A stretch of DNA of 63,986 nt, counting the filler, from Reticulomyxa filosa (lineage: Eukaryota; Protista; Foraminifera), in the NCBI GenBank assembly GCA_000512085.1. It is 19 parts of 19 records of this genome, joined end to end, with 100 filler letters (N's around TTAATTAATTAA, not from the genome) between each part and the next. Parts side by side here need not be neighbours in the genome. Positions count along the whole stretch, not along the records: positions 11,751 to 19,951 come from ASPP01007398.1; positions 20,052 to 23,187 come from ASPP01003776.1; positions 23,288 to 29,958 come from ASPP01003809.1; 16 more parts are not named here. The stretch is one strand, 5' to 3'. Shown one piece after another: positions 12,531 through 25,581 of the stretch (position 1 is the first letter of the stretch; each line of letters opens with the position of its first letter). A model generated the notes under the pieces. That model ran no database searches, was not told the origin of the DNA, and worked only from the letters and a program-made list of their open reading frames with translations. The translations under genes and the position numbers were made by a program.

Positions 12531-13766
12531 TAGAATGGAATAAGCCTCATTTGAGACGTGAAGACAGTCTGAACGTGAGCACCAGCATGACAATAAACGC
12601 GAATGACAATGACACGTGCAATGGAGGGAAGGTGAGTAAGCTGATCGATTGTAGTAAAAAAAAAGGGACTCACTCGTTCGATCGTCCGTCGGACTTGTGG
12701 ATCGGTCGACAAGTGGAGATGTTTGAATTGCTGGAGTCAATCTGCGATGGGTTGTCGAAGAAGAAGAAGTGCTCGGTGGTAATGGGCGAGAAAGGGATGG
12801 GCAAGTCGGCATTGGTGAATCAGGTGTTTGAATATGTGTGGGAAAGACGAATGTTCGAAGGGATTGTTTTGATCGACGTATTCAAACTCTGGCAAGAGAA
12901 AAAGAGTCAGAGCATCGCGGAAGTGATCAGTGATCAATTGCGCGAGGCGAATATGAAGATTAGCAAATGTTACACGAATAAAGAATTGGTGAGAGAATTG
13001 AAAGGACGAAGAATATTACTTGGAATTGAAAATATTGATAGTTATTATGTCCCATATTCGGGACAACGAATGGATGAATGTTTATATCGACTGTGGCAAC
13101 AAAAGACAATTTCAATTGTAGTGACAACAAGTACCAATCATTTTCAAAAGAGATATGAATATATGCCTATGTTACAGTTGATCCCTCAGCGCGTCATTGT
13201 ATTGAAGCCACTATCGGACTCCCAAATGGCTCAAATCTTTACACTGCAGATCCAAAAGACCCATCACAAGCCTATTTTGCAACAAATGGGAAACGACAAG
13301 ATCGAGAAATTGGCTCGGGATTGCAAAGGTGTCCCGGAACTTGTTCACTACGCCCTGTTTGTTTGTACACAAAAGGACATAGCCGTTGACCGCTACAAAG
13401 TGACCAATTTTACCAGAGTTCTCATTGACAACGTCGCCGAATACAGACAATCATTGGACAAGTGGCAATACTTTGTCCCTCTTCACGACATTCGGCCTTT
13501 GCTCACTCCTCAACAACTTCAACACAAGATTCAAGATAAACACGCTCGCGAATTTTGGGTGAAAAAGTTTCAATATAATCCCATTGGCGATTGGCCGACA
13601 ATTGCTACTTTCATTCAAACCAAATACAAACAAAGGGTCGGTCACAAATACTATAAACTCCGACCTTTGGACATTCTGTCTCCACTTTCTCTCGACTTTC
13701 AATTCTTTGTTCAGGACCTATTTCCTGACTTTGCTGAGGAAGCTCGTGTCAACTTTTCATCCTTCC

Positions 13767-13799
<33 letters not shown>

Positions 13800-14642
13800 T
13801 CTCTGCTTCCTCGAAAGAAAACAAAGAACCCAAAAAAACAAAAGGCTTTTTGGATTGGCTCAAGCCCACAAAACCACATGCGTCGAATCAACATATTGAT
13901 ACCACGGACAACCACGAAGACAGTAACAGCAAAAATGAAATTTCCACCACTTACGATCGCTCTTCAATATTGAACCTTCCCGACACCAATGACTTGAAAA
14001 CGTGCACCGATGTGGACCAAAAACATACAAATGACATAATCGATAACAGTCACCACTTTTTACGTGATTCCATCGCTGTGGAAATCTTTGGTCTGTTCAT
14101 TGACTATTTCAACAATCTTTTAGATTGCATCTTACTTCCTGAAATCGCACCCTTTTATTTTCGAAATGATCTCACTTTGATCGCCGGAATGATTCCAATT
14201 GCAAAGGCTTTCGATTATCTTTGTGACAAAGTAAGTTTACATATATATATATATATAAATAATACATTGTTTTTTTTTTTTTTCATTAATTTGTTGACTT
14301 TGTTTTGTCGTTTTAAAGAAACAGAATTGGAATATCAAACCTGGCACTTGTTTATTTCGTTTTAGTCGAAAAAGTGGGTCATCTTTGGTTTTAATGTTTA
14401 CGCAAAAAATGGAACACAAAGAGTATTTGCAAATCGAACAACGGAAAATTCAAATACACAAACAACAAGGCAAAGCCTTTTTTGAACTCATTAACCCTGA
14501 TTGCGACGTTCCCAGATCCTCTTTATATGATATTGTGCAAGATGTCGAAGAGCTTCAATTCCTACTTCATTTCAAAAATAACACCACGGTTGACCTTATT
14601 CCAAGACAACAAATCCTGGAGCTTTTTGGGAGTTATCAGTAA
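11848..14642 (+). CDS. Pseudo-CHAT (caspase-like) + STAND/NB-ARC-type P-loop NTPase + STAT-type SH2 protein, 5'-partial
   Basis: Exons 11848-12245, 12350-14230 and 14319 (or 14325)-14642 join in frame. CHAT motifs IIHFSGYG..LAFE..LIFISTSHS..AFVQAGAKHVV; Walker A GEKGMGKS; Walker B ILLGIENID; GxP (CKGVP); SH2 IAGMIPIAKAFDYL..PGTCLFRFSRK. Confidence 0.8.
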
Positions 14643-15189
14643 TTTAACAACCGTTTTTTTTTTATCACAACATTGTTTTTTTTATTTTTATTTTTTTTTT
14701 GGTTGCATGTTTTCTTAGTCGTTATTTTTTTTTCTTGTGTTTATTTGTTTGTTTGTGTCGTATCGGTTTGATTTTTCTTTTTTTAGTCATTTTTGCTGTT
14801 GTTGTCTTTTTTTTGTCCAAAGTTTTGCTTGTAAGAGACAAAAAGAACATTTAAAAAAACCTTACATTTTTTTTTATGTTTGTTTAGGTTGTTTGTTCCA
14901 TTTTTAATTTTTTTGTTTGTAATTTTTTTCGGGTGTCTATTGTTGTGTTGATGATTGATATTGTGCAAAACCTTTTTTAAGAACATGTCTTTTGACAGCT
15001 ATTTCTAGTTACAAAAACGCTGACAATTTTCATTCGCGTTTTTGTCTCAAGCTTAGAAAAAAGTCAATATAAATATTGACATGTCTATTCTTTTGAATAA
15101 AGCAAATGAGCGACTAATCGAATGTTTTCTGAGTTTTGAGCACTAGATAGTGTGTTGCGACTTGTGTGGCTTTCACAAAAAGCAAATTC

Positions 15190-15514
15190 AACATATAAAA
15201 AACTTTAAAAAAAATAACGACCAAATTTATATAAAAGGCAATTCAAAATTTGATTGATAGTTAGTGGTCTATACAACATGATTTTTTTTTCAAACTGTAT
15301 TTTCTAAATTTATCGCATTTCATACTGCACTCGATCTAAATGTATGTGAAAAAGTACTTACACTAACTCAAAAATCAACATTTTTTCAAATGTTTGTTTA
15401 GTATCTAGGGATATTCAAGTGTTTCAAAATGCATTTAATTTTTTTCTACAATTTTTTGTTAATACCATTTATATAAATTTGGTCGTTATTTTTTTATAAT
15501 TTTTTTTTACAGTG
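15190..15514. mobile_element. MITE-like element with long inverted repeats and a CACTG terminus (CACTA/CMC-like)
   Basis: Perfect 28-bp inverted repeat at 15208-15235 / 15468-15495. The right end reads CACTGTAAAAAA on the minus strand; the left end is degenerate. Confidence 0.6.
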
Positions 15515-16747
15515 TAAAAAGTATAATAAATTTGTCAATAAACATTTTTGTTGATTTTTGTATTGACTCAATGTTGGCTTTTTTCATATTCTAAATTCTC
15601 TTTTCCAAACAATGACAAAAAAAAAGGCAAGTGGCACATAAACCAGTCTAAACAAGCTTAACATGCTTTCACACCGGACAGTTGACAGACGTAGTAACAG
15701 TATGCGACAGACACATGTTGTATGTCTAATCCACATGACAAGTACGTGATAGTCTAACTTGGTAGTACTGACTCACAAGACACTTATTCGTTAATACCTT
15801 TTTGAAATAATACAAAACATCTTTTTTACATTTGTATGTTTTGGACATAGCAAGCAATATCAAGTTATTTTTCATACTCACTTAATTTTTGGGTTCACGA
15901 CCTTCCTAAAAAGAAAAAAAGTCTTTACTTAAGTTTAAGTTAAAAAATTTGCAACATTTGTTTGGGACTCTATTATATTATCAAATAAACTATGCAATTA
16001 TCTGCGAATAATTTTATTATATGATGAGTAAATAACATTACAACGATAGTCATAATTATCGTTTTAATCAAAACTTTACACAATGTACATGATTTCAAGC
16101 TTATTGAATCATTGAATTTGTTTGTTACTTTTCATAGATTATGTAAACATACTGTAACAGCATTTTTTAATTTCTTTCTTTGTCTCTTTTTCTTTTTTTG
16201 AAAAGATTATACACTCTGATATCCAGATGCCATAAAAAATGTCAAATCTTTGTCGATCTGTCATTGAACTAGTTCTTTTCTTTCCTTGGTGTCTCAAATT
16301 GATAAAAAACAATGCCAAGGAAATGTAATAAAATTGGCCTGAAATAAAAAATTATATACGTTTTGAGTTGAAAAGAAAATTAGATATAATCGAAAAAATA
16401 TTATTAAAATATACGTTTCATAAATTTCTTTTTTGTATTGTCTATATGTTTTATTATTTCCCATTCATCGTGCCTTTATCCAAAATGAATAAATTCAAAA
16501 AATTGTTGAATATCTTGTTTGGAAACTTAAAAACGTTTGCATTGATATTTTGCCGTCTTCTTACGAAAATTACATTTTTTATTTGACAAGTACAAGTCAC
16601 ATTTAAAATTAAAAGGCCAGCAACGCCAAAAACGAAGTACTTAAAGAAGGGGTCAATAGGAATAACTTGCTCAAAACAATTCTTTAATAATTTTCAGTTG
16701 CTTAAAAAAAAAGATTATTGCCATATAAGGCAACTCATTAATTTCTG

Positions 16748-18718
16748 ATGTCACGCCAGCTCTATAATTTTGACAAAGGGGTAAGATAGCGGAAGGGTAT
16801 AGTTTGAAAAGAAAAGAAAGCTCCTTCTTTTAATCGCAAATTTTATTTTTTTTAAAAAATAATAATAACAAATGTGTATAGGTACGTATCGAAAAGGATA
16901 CAATGGGTGAAGTGAAAGTACCAGCAGATCGTCTCTGGGGTGCTCAAACTCAGCGTTCATTGGAGAACTTTGACATAGGACAGCCGCAGTTTCAAATGCC
17001 AACTGCGATGATCCGTGCATTTGGAGTTTTGAAAAAAGCATGTGCAGTAGCGAACTACAAATTGCAAAACCTTCCAAAAGACATCCACGACAGTATTGTC
17101 ACAGCGTGTGATGAAATAATTGCAGGGAAATGGGACAAAGAGTTTCCGTTGTCAATATTCCAAACCGGAAGTGGAACACAATCGAATATGAACGCCAATG
17201 AGGTGATTTCGAATCGAAGCATCCAATTGATGGGAGGAGTGATTGGCAGTAAAGTACCGGTCCATCCGAACGATCACGTCAACCGAAGTGCCAGTAGCAA
17301 TGATACTTTCCCGAGTGTTATGCACATCGCTGTCGCCATGGATTGCGTTAACAAATTGTTTCCAAGTTTGAGCAAGCTGATTCAAGCCTTGAAACAGAAA
17401 GAAACGGAATTTTCTAAAATTATTAAAATGGGGCGAACCCATTTGATGGACGCTACACCATTGACTCTGGGGCAAGAATTTTCTGGGTTATGTGCGTTCC
17501 TTACACACATATATTACATTACATATACAATATATACAATATATAAATATATATATATTTATTTATTGTGTATATGTATACATATATTATCTTATAACCA
17601 ATGTTGTATACAATATAAAGTCTCTATTTGTATGTATAATATTCATTTATCTGTTATTTTAAATTTTATTTTTCAATCGTCTTATTGTTTTTTTTTTTTT
17701 TGAGGAAAGCTATGTGGCACAATTGGAAAATGGAGCAAGTCGCATAAAACAGTCCTTACCTCGAATCTATGAATTAGCGCAAGGTGGGACGGCCGTAGGT
17801 ACGGGATTGAACACGATTGAAGGATTTGATGTCGCTGTCGCGAAAGAAGTGGCGGTGATGACGGGTCTGCCATTTATTTCTGGCAAGAACAAATTCGAGC
17901 TGTTGGCATCGCATGACAGCCTTGTGGACCTTAGTGGGACCTTAAACACTCTTAGTGTTTCTTTAATGAAAATTGCAAACGATATTCGATTGCTTGGTAA
18001 TTTGCTTTTTACATTTGTTTGTCAAATTATTATTATTATTATCATTATTTTTCTTTCCTCTCTTGTTTCACAATAATTACTTTTTTTTTGCGTGTGTGTG
18101 TGTGTGAAAGGGAGTGGTCCTCGAGGTGGCATTAACGAGCTGTTGCTACCAGAAAACGAACCAGGCTCAAGCATCATGCCCGGGAAGGTCAATCCTACTC
18201 AATGTGAATCATTGACAATGGTTTGTGCCCAAGTAATGGGCAATCACATCGCTGTTACCATTGGCGGCAGCAATGGGCATTTTGAATTAAATGTATTCAA
18301 GCCTCTTATTGTCAGTAATGTGTTAAATAGCATCCAATTGTTGGCCGACGCTATGAACTCATTTACCGACAATTGCGTTGTTGGAATTCAACCCAACAAA
18401 AATAAAATTGCCGAGTATGTGCATACGAGTCTGATGTTGGTCACCGCTTTGAATCCACACATTGGATATGACAGTTAACACTAGATTCCAAAAAACAAAA
18501 AAAAAATGCAAATACAAATTACACAAACAAATTGCAACTGACACCACAACTTCTTACTATTGTTCAAACGTTGTTCAGATGCAGCAAAGATTGCAAAGAA
18601 AGCACATGAAGAAGGGACAACACTTAAAGAGGCCGCAGTGGCTCTGGGCTTATTAACTGAGGATGAGTTTGATTCGTTTGTACGACCAGAACAAATGATT
18701 GGACCATCAAAGCTTTGA
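16748..18718 (+). CDS. fumC: Class II fumarate hydratase with C-terminal SKL
   Basis: Exons 16748-16780, 16882-17486, 17710-17996, 18111-18473 and 18579-18718. Motifs [42 protein letters not shown] and [15 protein letters not shown]; ends MIGPSKL*. Confidence 0.96.
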
Positions 18719-19257
18719 TACATAGTGGACTGAATACTTTATGCACATCTTTTTCTCTTGTGGGTTAATTTACACTACAAACCGCAGCTATTTTTGATAC
18801 CATTGTGAACCAACACTCCTCCCTTTCCCTCTCTTCATACACTCACACTATCTTGTGCAGTGTTTGCAGTGCAAAATGCGCAAGCGTAATAGCAGAAAAC
18901 AACACTATATGCCTAAATATTGTTTTCAATGGCTTTCACATTTAAAAAATGATACCATTCATTGAATAACAATTTCCTTAAAAATCTTGCCAAAAAATAT
19001 TTTGAACCACAAAATAAAAAACTGGTTTCAATCACTTTTTTTTTTTTTAAGAAAACAAGCGGATTTGTTCCTTGTTTCTAAACTTTCAGAAACTTTTCTA
19101 ATTATCTAAAAAAGTCATTGTTTGTCGAGATGCAATCTTTGCCTGAGTTAAGTAGTTTTATTTGATAATTTGTTGTCTTTGATTAAACAAAGTTCACGGG
19201 AGGGCTGAACTTTTTTTGTTCACTTTGTTCTCGCGAGTTCGCAAATTCAAGCAAATA

Positions 19258-19710
19258 ATGTCTTTTGAGGGCTCAGAATCCGAAAATGACGGTCCACAGG
19301 AAGAAGCAAAGCGAAAATCTGGACAATATCAAATGGACGACAATGATTTCAGTGATGAAGAAGACAAACCAAAGAAAGTGCAATCAGCCAAAACAAAAGC
19401 GTGGAACAAATTGCAATTGCACAGCATTGACCTCGTTAACCATGCAAAAAACCATCAATTTATTGACTGTCGTGAAGACTTAGCTCAAATCAACAATTTA
19501 CTCAAAGTGCCACAGCACGCCAAATACTTTGATGGAGTCATTTTTCCGAAGTGGTTTGTGAAGCACGTCGGTAACACTTTGCAAGATATCCAGAACTTTG
19601 GCAAAGAAGAGTCAGAAAAATTGATTAAAGAGGAAGGATTGGAATTGAAAAAATTGAAGCGAACTGACCTGTTTAAATTTGGTGCTGAGCAAATTGAATT
19701 GTTCCGAAAA
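19258..19710 (+). CDS. eIF3 subunit c-like N-terminal region, first exon (3'-partial)
   Basis: Acidic N-terminus followed by SDEEDKPKKVQSAKTKAWNKL...FPKWFVK, matching the eIF3c/NIP1 'RVVRSAKDKRFEEL...PRFYIR' pattern. Probable GT donor near 19711. Confidence 0.65.
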
Positions 19711-20473
19711 GTTGAGTTTTTAAGATTGAGATTAAGTTCACCAAATTTTTTTTTTGTTTCCCTCCCCCCTTTTTTTTTTTTTTTCCTTTGTGCCAAAATG
19801 AAAGACAGAGACACAAAAACTTGAACTTTTTGTGACCCTCCCCTTATAATTGAACGTCTTTTTTTAACCTCGGTTTTTTTTTTTTTTTTTTAAAAAAAAA
19901 AAGAAGAGGTTATAAAAGAGTCATGGGACCCAAGAGGGAAGGAAAATTAAGNNNNNNNNNNNNNNNNNNNNNNNNNNNNNNNNNNNNNNNNNNNNTTAAT
20001 TAATTAANNNNNNNNNNNNNNNNNNNNNNNNNNNNNNNNNNNNNNNNNNNNAAAAATCATATTTTTGATCAACATAGGAAAAACTTATCATAAAACCAAT
20101 TTCATATTTAAAAACTACAAGATTAGTAGATATTTTTTTTAAAAATTAGGTTTAAATCTTTATTTTTCATGGAGAAAATCGATTCTCTTTATATAGTGCC
20201 ATTTAGGTATGGCAGTTTTTTTTGCAATCTAATGTAGTAGCAAATCGGCAAATAAAAAAAGTTTTTAAACAAAAAATATTTTGTAAGAAAAAAGAAAAAA
20301 TATAATGAAAACGTATATCAATTTTTTGATCATTGACAAAAAAAAAGTATAAATTTATTCAAATAATATCTTCATCAGTCGGGCAAATGATAAGTACATC
20401 AGTCGGCCCAATGGACAAGACAAAATCTCAACAGTCTGTCCAGTGGATAAGGCCCAGCAAATCAACAAATAAT

Positions 20474-20518
20474 TTTGTAACTACTTCAAGATTTGCAACC
20501 ACTTGAGGTAGTTACAAA
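20474..20518. repeat. 17-bp inverted repeat (hairpin), adjacent to short direct repeats
   Basis: tttgtaactacttcaag (20474-20490) and cttgaggtagttacaaa (20502-20518), 16/17 match with an 11-nt loop. catcagtcgg is repeated at about 20373 and 20397. Confidence 0.7.
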
Positions 20519-20973
20519 TCATATAATGGTCCTGCTCACTTACCTTTTATAAAATCTCGTGAATCACCCTTTTTTTTGTTACCAAAACTAGTTGGAACAT
20601 TTTATCTAAAGAGAAGTTTTGCTTGTGCTTATGCATATTATTATGTGATGTTATGCCAAGAGATGTGTTATCTTTTTGTGTGTGATTGTATCAACAGATC
20701 TTTTTATTGTGAATGTTATTGAGTATGTTTGTATATGATGGTCGTGATAGTCAATAATCAACAAACAAAAAAAAAGTAATACAGAATTTGGAAATGAAAA
20801 TATGCTTGATATAAACACTTAAAAATGAGTGGAACTGCAGTTCTTTCTGATTATTCAACTGCTGATTTCACAAAATAGAAAAAAAGGATCAATTGCATAC
20901 AAAAAAAATTCTTTTGATTGAAAACAAACGATGCCAAAAAAAAAACAATCACAAAGTAATCTTTTTTTTAATA

Positions 20974-21856
20974 TTATACACGGTATGTAATTTTCCAAGA
21001 ATGTGCAGTTTCAAGATCTTTTGGATCATTCCAATCAATGAATGGTTTTTGTACTTCTTCTAACATCAATTTGCCACATAATGGGCATTCTTTGTATGCC
21101 ATTTCCAATACTTCGTTGGAACGCATTGCTGATTCGTCCTTTTATATTAAAAAAAAAAAATTAACATTTAAAAAAAAAGGAAAAAAAAAAAATTACATAC
21201 CATATTATAATGAGATATTATTTTTCTAACAACAGCGTCCAATCGAAACATATGTCGACACGGGAACAACAAATAATTGGAAAGCAAAACCGGAAGTTGA
21301 GACAAGCTGCATTTTTTATTACTAAAAAAAAAAGTAGATCTTTGTCTCAGAGTATCAGTATCTTTTCGAATTTCTTCAGCAGTATCTGTATAAGTTTTCA
21401 TATGATCTTGTAGCTTTTTGATATTAACACTATATCTTTCCAAGCTGGATTTGATTTCTGGTTTGAATAATCCAATATTAGTGAAATCACTCAAATATGG
21501 TAAAATATCTTCAATACTTAGACATTTGCTTTCATTGATAAGACTCAATGCCTGATCTAGATCCTCTTGACTATCTTTCACAACATATCGAGCAATGATT
21601 AGCCATAATTTTTTCTGTTCATCAGCAGCCATCGGTTCTTTTCGTTTCAAATTTTCTACAACAGATCTGGCCAATTCAAAGAGATTGTCAGGAACATTTA
21701 AAGCCAAATTCACAGCTTCTTCATAAAGGCCCATTTTTTCATAAAGTCTCACACAACTTTTTGTACGTTTTTCTTGATGACACAAGCGCAAGGCGTATTT
21801 TGTGTCGTAATGTGGTTCGTCTCCTATTTGGTTATGTGTTTAGTTTGTATTGAAAC

Positions 21857-21891
<35 letters not shown>

Positions 21892-23101
21892 AATAACACT
21901 AACAATGATCTTTACCTTGCCAATCAATAAACTTAAGCAAAGGTCGTTCATCTTCGTGTTTGCAATAGAGCGTAATCAAATAATTGTGAACGGCTGGATC
22001 TTTAGACTGTGGGAGATTCGAGCGAACAACATCCTCTAAATATCTAACAGCTTGTCTGGTATGCTCTTGAGATATAGTCAAAGCAGTACGAGCAGTGCCG
22101 CGTTCTCGTCCTTGAATGTTGATAACATCGAGATTGGTTGATTGTCTATTATCGTCGTCTATCGAATTCTTGTTATTCACGACAACGCTATGACCATTGG
22201 TAACACGATAGCGATTTTTCTTATTTTTTTTATGCTTTCCATCATCGTCATGGTGACGATCATCATCATAATCATTGTGATCATTGTGATCATGATTATC
22301 ATGATTATCATGATTATCTTCTTCCTCGATCTGAAAATCCATACTATTTACTTGTGGCTGTTGCAAACCGGGAACAGACTTTTCGTCGAAATCAAAGTCC
22401 ATGCCTTTGTGATTGTCAGTATGGATTGGACGCATTACATTGTTTTGTTGCTTCGACTGCTGTAACAACTCGTCATTGATGTCCGTGCTATCCAATCCCT
22501 TCAAAGATTGCTTAAACTCTTGGTCCGATTCGAATCTCATCAATGCCGGAATTAACTTCTTTGGATCCAATACTTTGATTTGGATAATCATGTCAATGGT
22601 CTCTTTCGGATATGCGTGCATGAGCACTGGCACAAAGTCATAATACAATTGTTCATGTTGATTGGGATTCGTCAAACTGCTCAGACGCTTAATCGCCTCT
22701 TTCATTTGCCCATGCTCGATGTAATAACGTATGATCCACGCCCAATCATTTTGAATTTCTCCCAATTTTATCAGCTGTTGCGTTCTGCCATAGCTAGCAA
22801 TCAGGTCAAACACTACGTCCTTGCATTGCGATAGCGTCGTCTTTTCTTGTTTCAAAAAGTTTCAAATGCCTCAATCGCCGCATTCTTACCTATTTTCCCC
22901 ATTGAGGAAGGAGGCTGGCTTGACGTTGTCGAAGCAGCTGCCGTCTCTGTTGAATATTTCACATCAGAGTGCTGTTGAAAATCCATCTCCTCCGTCTCAC
23001 TGATTTTCGCCAAATGCAATTCCGTCAGCCAGGTTGCCAACATTGTGCGTTGACTTTTGTCCTCTGCTCGTGTTCGAGACAACGTCTCTTGCAAAAATAT
23101 C
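20974..23101 (-). CDS. VPS18: Vps18/PEP3 (HOPS/CORVET subunit), 5'-partial, spliced, one homopolymer frameshift at about 22855
   Basis: QRTMLATWLTELHL, DPKKLIPALM, AVHNYLITLY, LSIEDILPY..FT.IG.FK.EI..SLE.Y, FPCRHMF; final exon ECPLCGKLMLEEVQKPFI...SWKITYRV*. Confidence 0.9.
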
Positions 23102-23143
23102 TGACCCCAATCATATAAATAAACAATACTAATGAGCAAAAAG

Positions 23144-23179
<36 letters not shown>

Positions 23180-23287
23180 TGTATATANNNNNNNNNNNNN
23201 NNNNNNNNNNNNNNNNNNNNNNNNNNNNNNNTTAATTAATTAANNNNNNNNNNNNNNNNNNNNNNNNNNNNNNNNNNNNNNNNNNNN

Positions 23288-24967
23288 AGTATGTTGTAAT
23301 TTTAAAGGGAAAATCAAAGAATTAAATAATCACTTAAATGATACCTGTCTTTGAAAAAGCGTGATTGTTGGTATAAACCATTTGGATGTGAGCACAGTTG
23401 CCCTAATCAGCAATTGCAAGATCATTTATATTCAGGAATAAAACTTCATTTCGATTTGATTGTAAAATTTGTTGAAACATTGCAAGTTCAATTATTTCGT
23501 TTGAAAATATTAAACAAAGAAGTGCAAGTGATTATAAACAAAATAAAATAGGAGGAAATAAAACAACTGAAAATGCAATTGAATCAAAAAAAGAATGAAG
23601 ATGAACAAAATATACTTCGAGTTAATTATCAGACAGAACTGTTGGAAAAAGACAATGCAATGAAGAAAATACAAAGAGAATTACAACAAGAATTACTCAA
23701 ACTTCGTGCCGACATTGAAATAATGAAAAAGAATTTTATTGAAAAAGAAAAATATTGCAATGAGTTTATCAAGACATTGCAAGAAAAGGACGAGAAACTT
23801 ATACAATATATCCAAAATGTTTCCAGCACAGAAGAGAAAAAAGATAATGATAACACTCCATCTTTTAATCCTAAATATTCTTCCACCTTCTCTTTTGATC
23901 TGTTTTGTGCATCATCCAAACTGCTCAAGACATTCACTGGACATACCAGTTGGGTATGGAGTATTGATTATGCGACATTTGATTGTGGTCAATTCCTTTG
24001 CTCTGGATCAGAAGATAGAACAGTTCGAGTATGGAATGTAGAAACCGCCAAGCAAATCCAATTATTCAATGGGCATTCTCACCATTTGCGCTGTGTGAAA
24101 TTTTCACCATTTCATCATCATTGTCATGGAGTGGATAATCGTTATCCTACTATTTGTTCTTCGTCTGTTGACAAAACTATTCGCTTTTGGGACTTTGAAA
24201 CATCCAAAGAATTTCAAGTATTGAAGGGACACACTGAAGGAGTTGCTGGTATTACGTTTTCCCCATTCCACAATAGTCGATATTTGTGTTCTGGATCGTA
24301 TGACAAAACTATTCGCTTATGGGACGTTGAGACATCCAAATCATTACATGCTTTCAATGGACATACAAATTGTGTTTGGTGTGTAGATATTTCACCATTG
24401 CAAAGCAATGACAACAATAAAAGTAATAATATTGGTGTGATTGGTGGTAACGGATATACCATTTGTTCTGGATCACATGATAAAACTATTCGAATATGGG
24501 ATATTGAAACTGCCAAAGAATTAATCTTATTCAACGAACATGAAAATGTAGTCAGGAGTGTAAAATATTCACCATATGAAACAAATACAATATGTTCTGG
24601 CTCAAATGATTACAGTGTTCGTTTGTGGGATATTCGATCAAAAAAGGCAATCCATGTGTTTAAAGGACATACAAATACTGTATGGGCCATCGAATTTGTA
24701 GGTAATAATAGTGGGGAAACAGCAATTTGTAATACAAACATAATATGTTCTGGATCAGAAGATAATACCGTCCGTTTTTGGGACATTCGAACAAATAGAC
24801 AATTACATGTGATCAAAGGAAATGGTAATGAAGATAATGGAATAATATCTCTTTATTTTTCACTACCAAAAAATAAAGACCAAAAAAACAAAAATACTGA
24901 TGACCATGTTTGTGGAGTCGATTTATGTTATGGCTCAAACCGAGGTCCCATTCGTATTTGGGGATAG
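23288..24967 (+). CDS. TRAF-type zinc finger + coiled coil + WD40 protein, 5'-partial
   Basis: CNFKGKIKELNNHL..CWYKPFGCEHSC..LQDHL; in-frame intron 23486-23551; coiled coil; multiple GH...WD repeats ending IRIWG*. Confidence 0.88.
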
Positions 24968-25581
24968 TACAAACAAAAAATATTTTTACGGTTTCTCAAA
25001 ACAAATAAAGCAATCAAATTAAATTAAATTTTGCTTTTTTTTTTTTACACAAATTCAAATTGTGGGGTCGCCAGAAATAATGCAATTTTATTGTTATTTG
25101 ATTAGATATTCCTCTATTTTATCACCAGGGCAAGATACAATAGCTTTACTAGTTGAAAAATATGTCAAATCATAGCAATATCATGTGATCATCTTTAATT
25201 GTCTTCCTGATATAACGTCTCTATGCGAACTATATTGTTAACAGATGACGAAACAATCCCTTTTATTTCTTTTTCACGTTCTTTTAAAATTCTTAACAAT
25301 TAAAAATATTTAATCTATTTAGATTATGAACAATAACATTCTCAGAAGAAAAAAAAACAAAACAACTATACTTGAAAGTCACAAACGAAGGCCAAGTTCT
25401 TAAGTTGCAGTCAAATAAATCAAGCCAACTGATACATTGACATAAACAACTATTACCTTAAAAACTTGACAAAGTAAACAACTGAACTGGGGAGTGAGGG
25501 ACAAACTGAACGTTGTTTTTATATGAGGTCACTATGTGTCCCTTTTAACAATCAAAAGTCCGTATTTCTTTTTTTGAATAG

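Noticed and set aside
12498-13800. (ACG)n and (CAT)n trinucleotide tracts
   Set aside because: Ordinary coding microsatellites (poly-Thr, poly-His) in linker regions.
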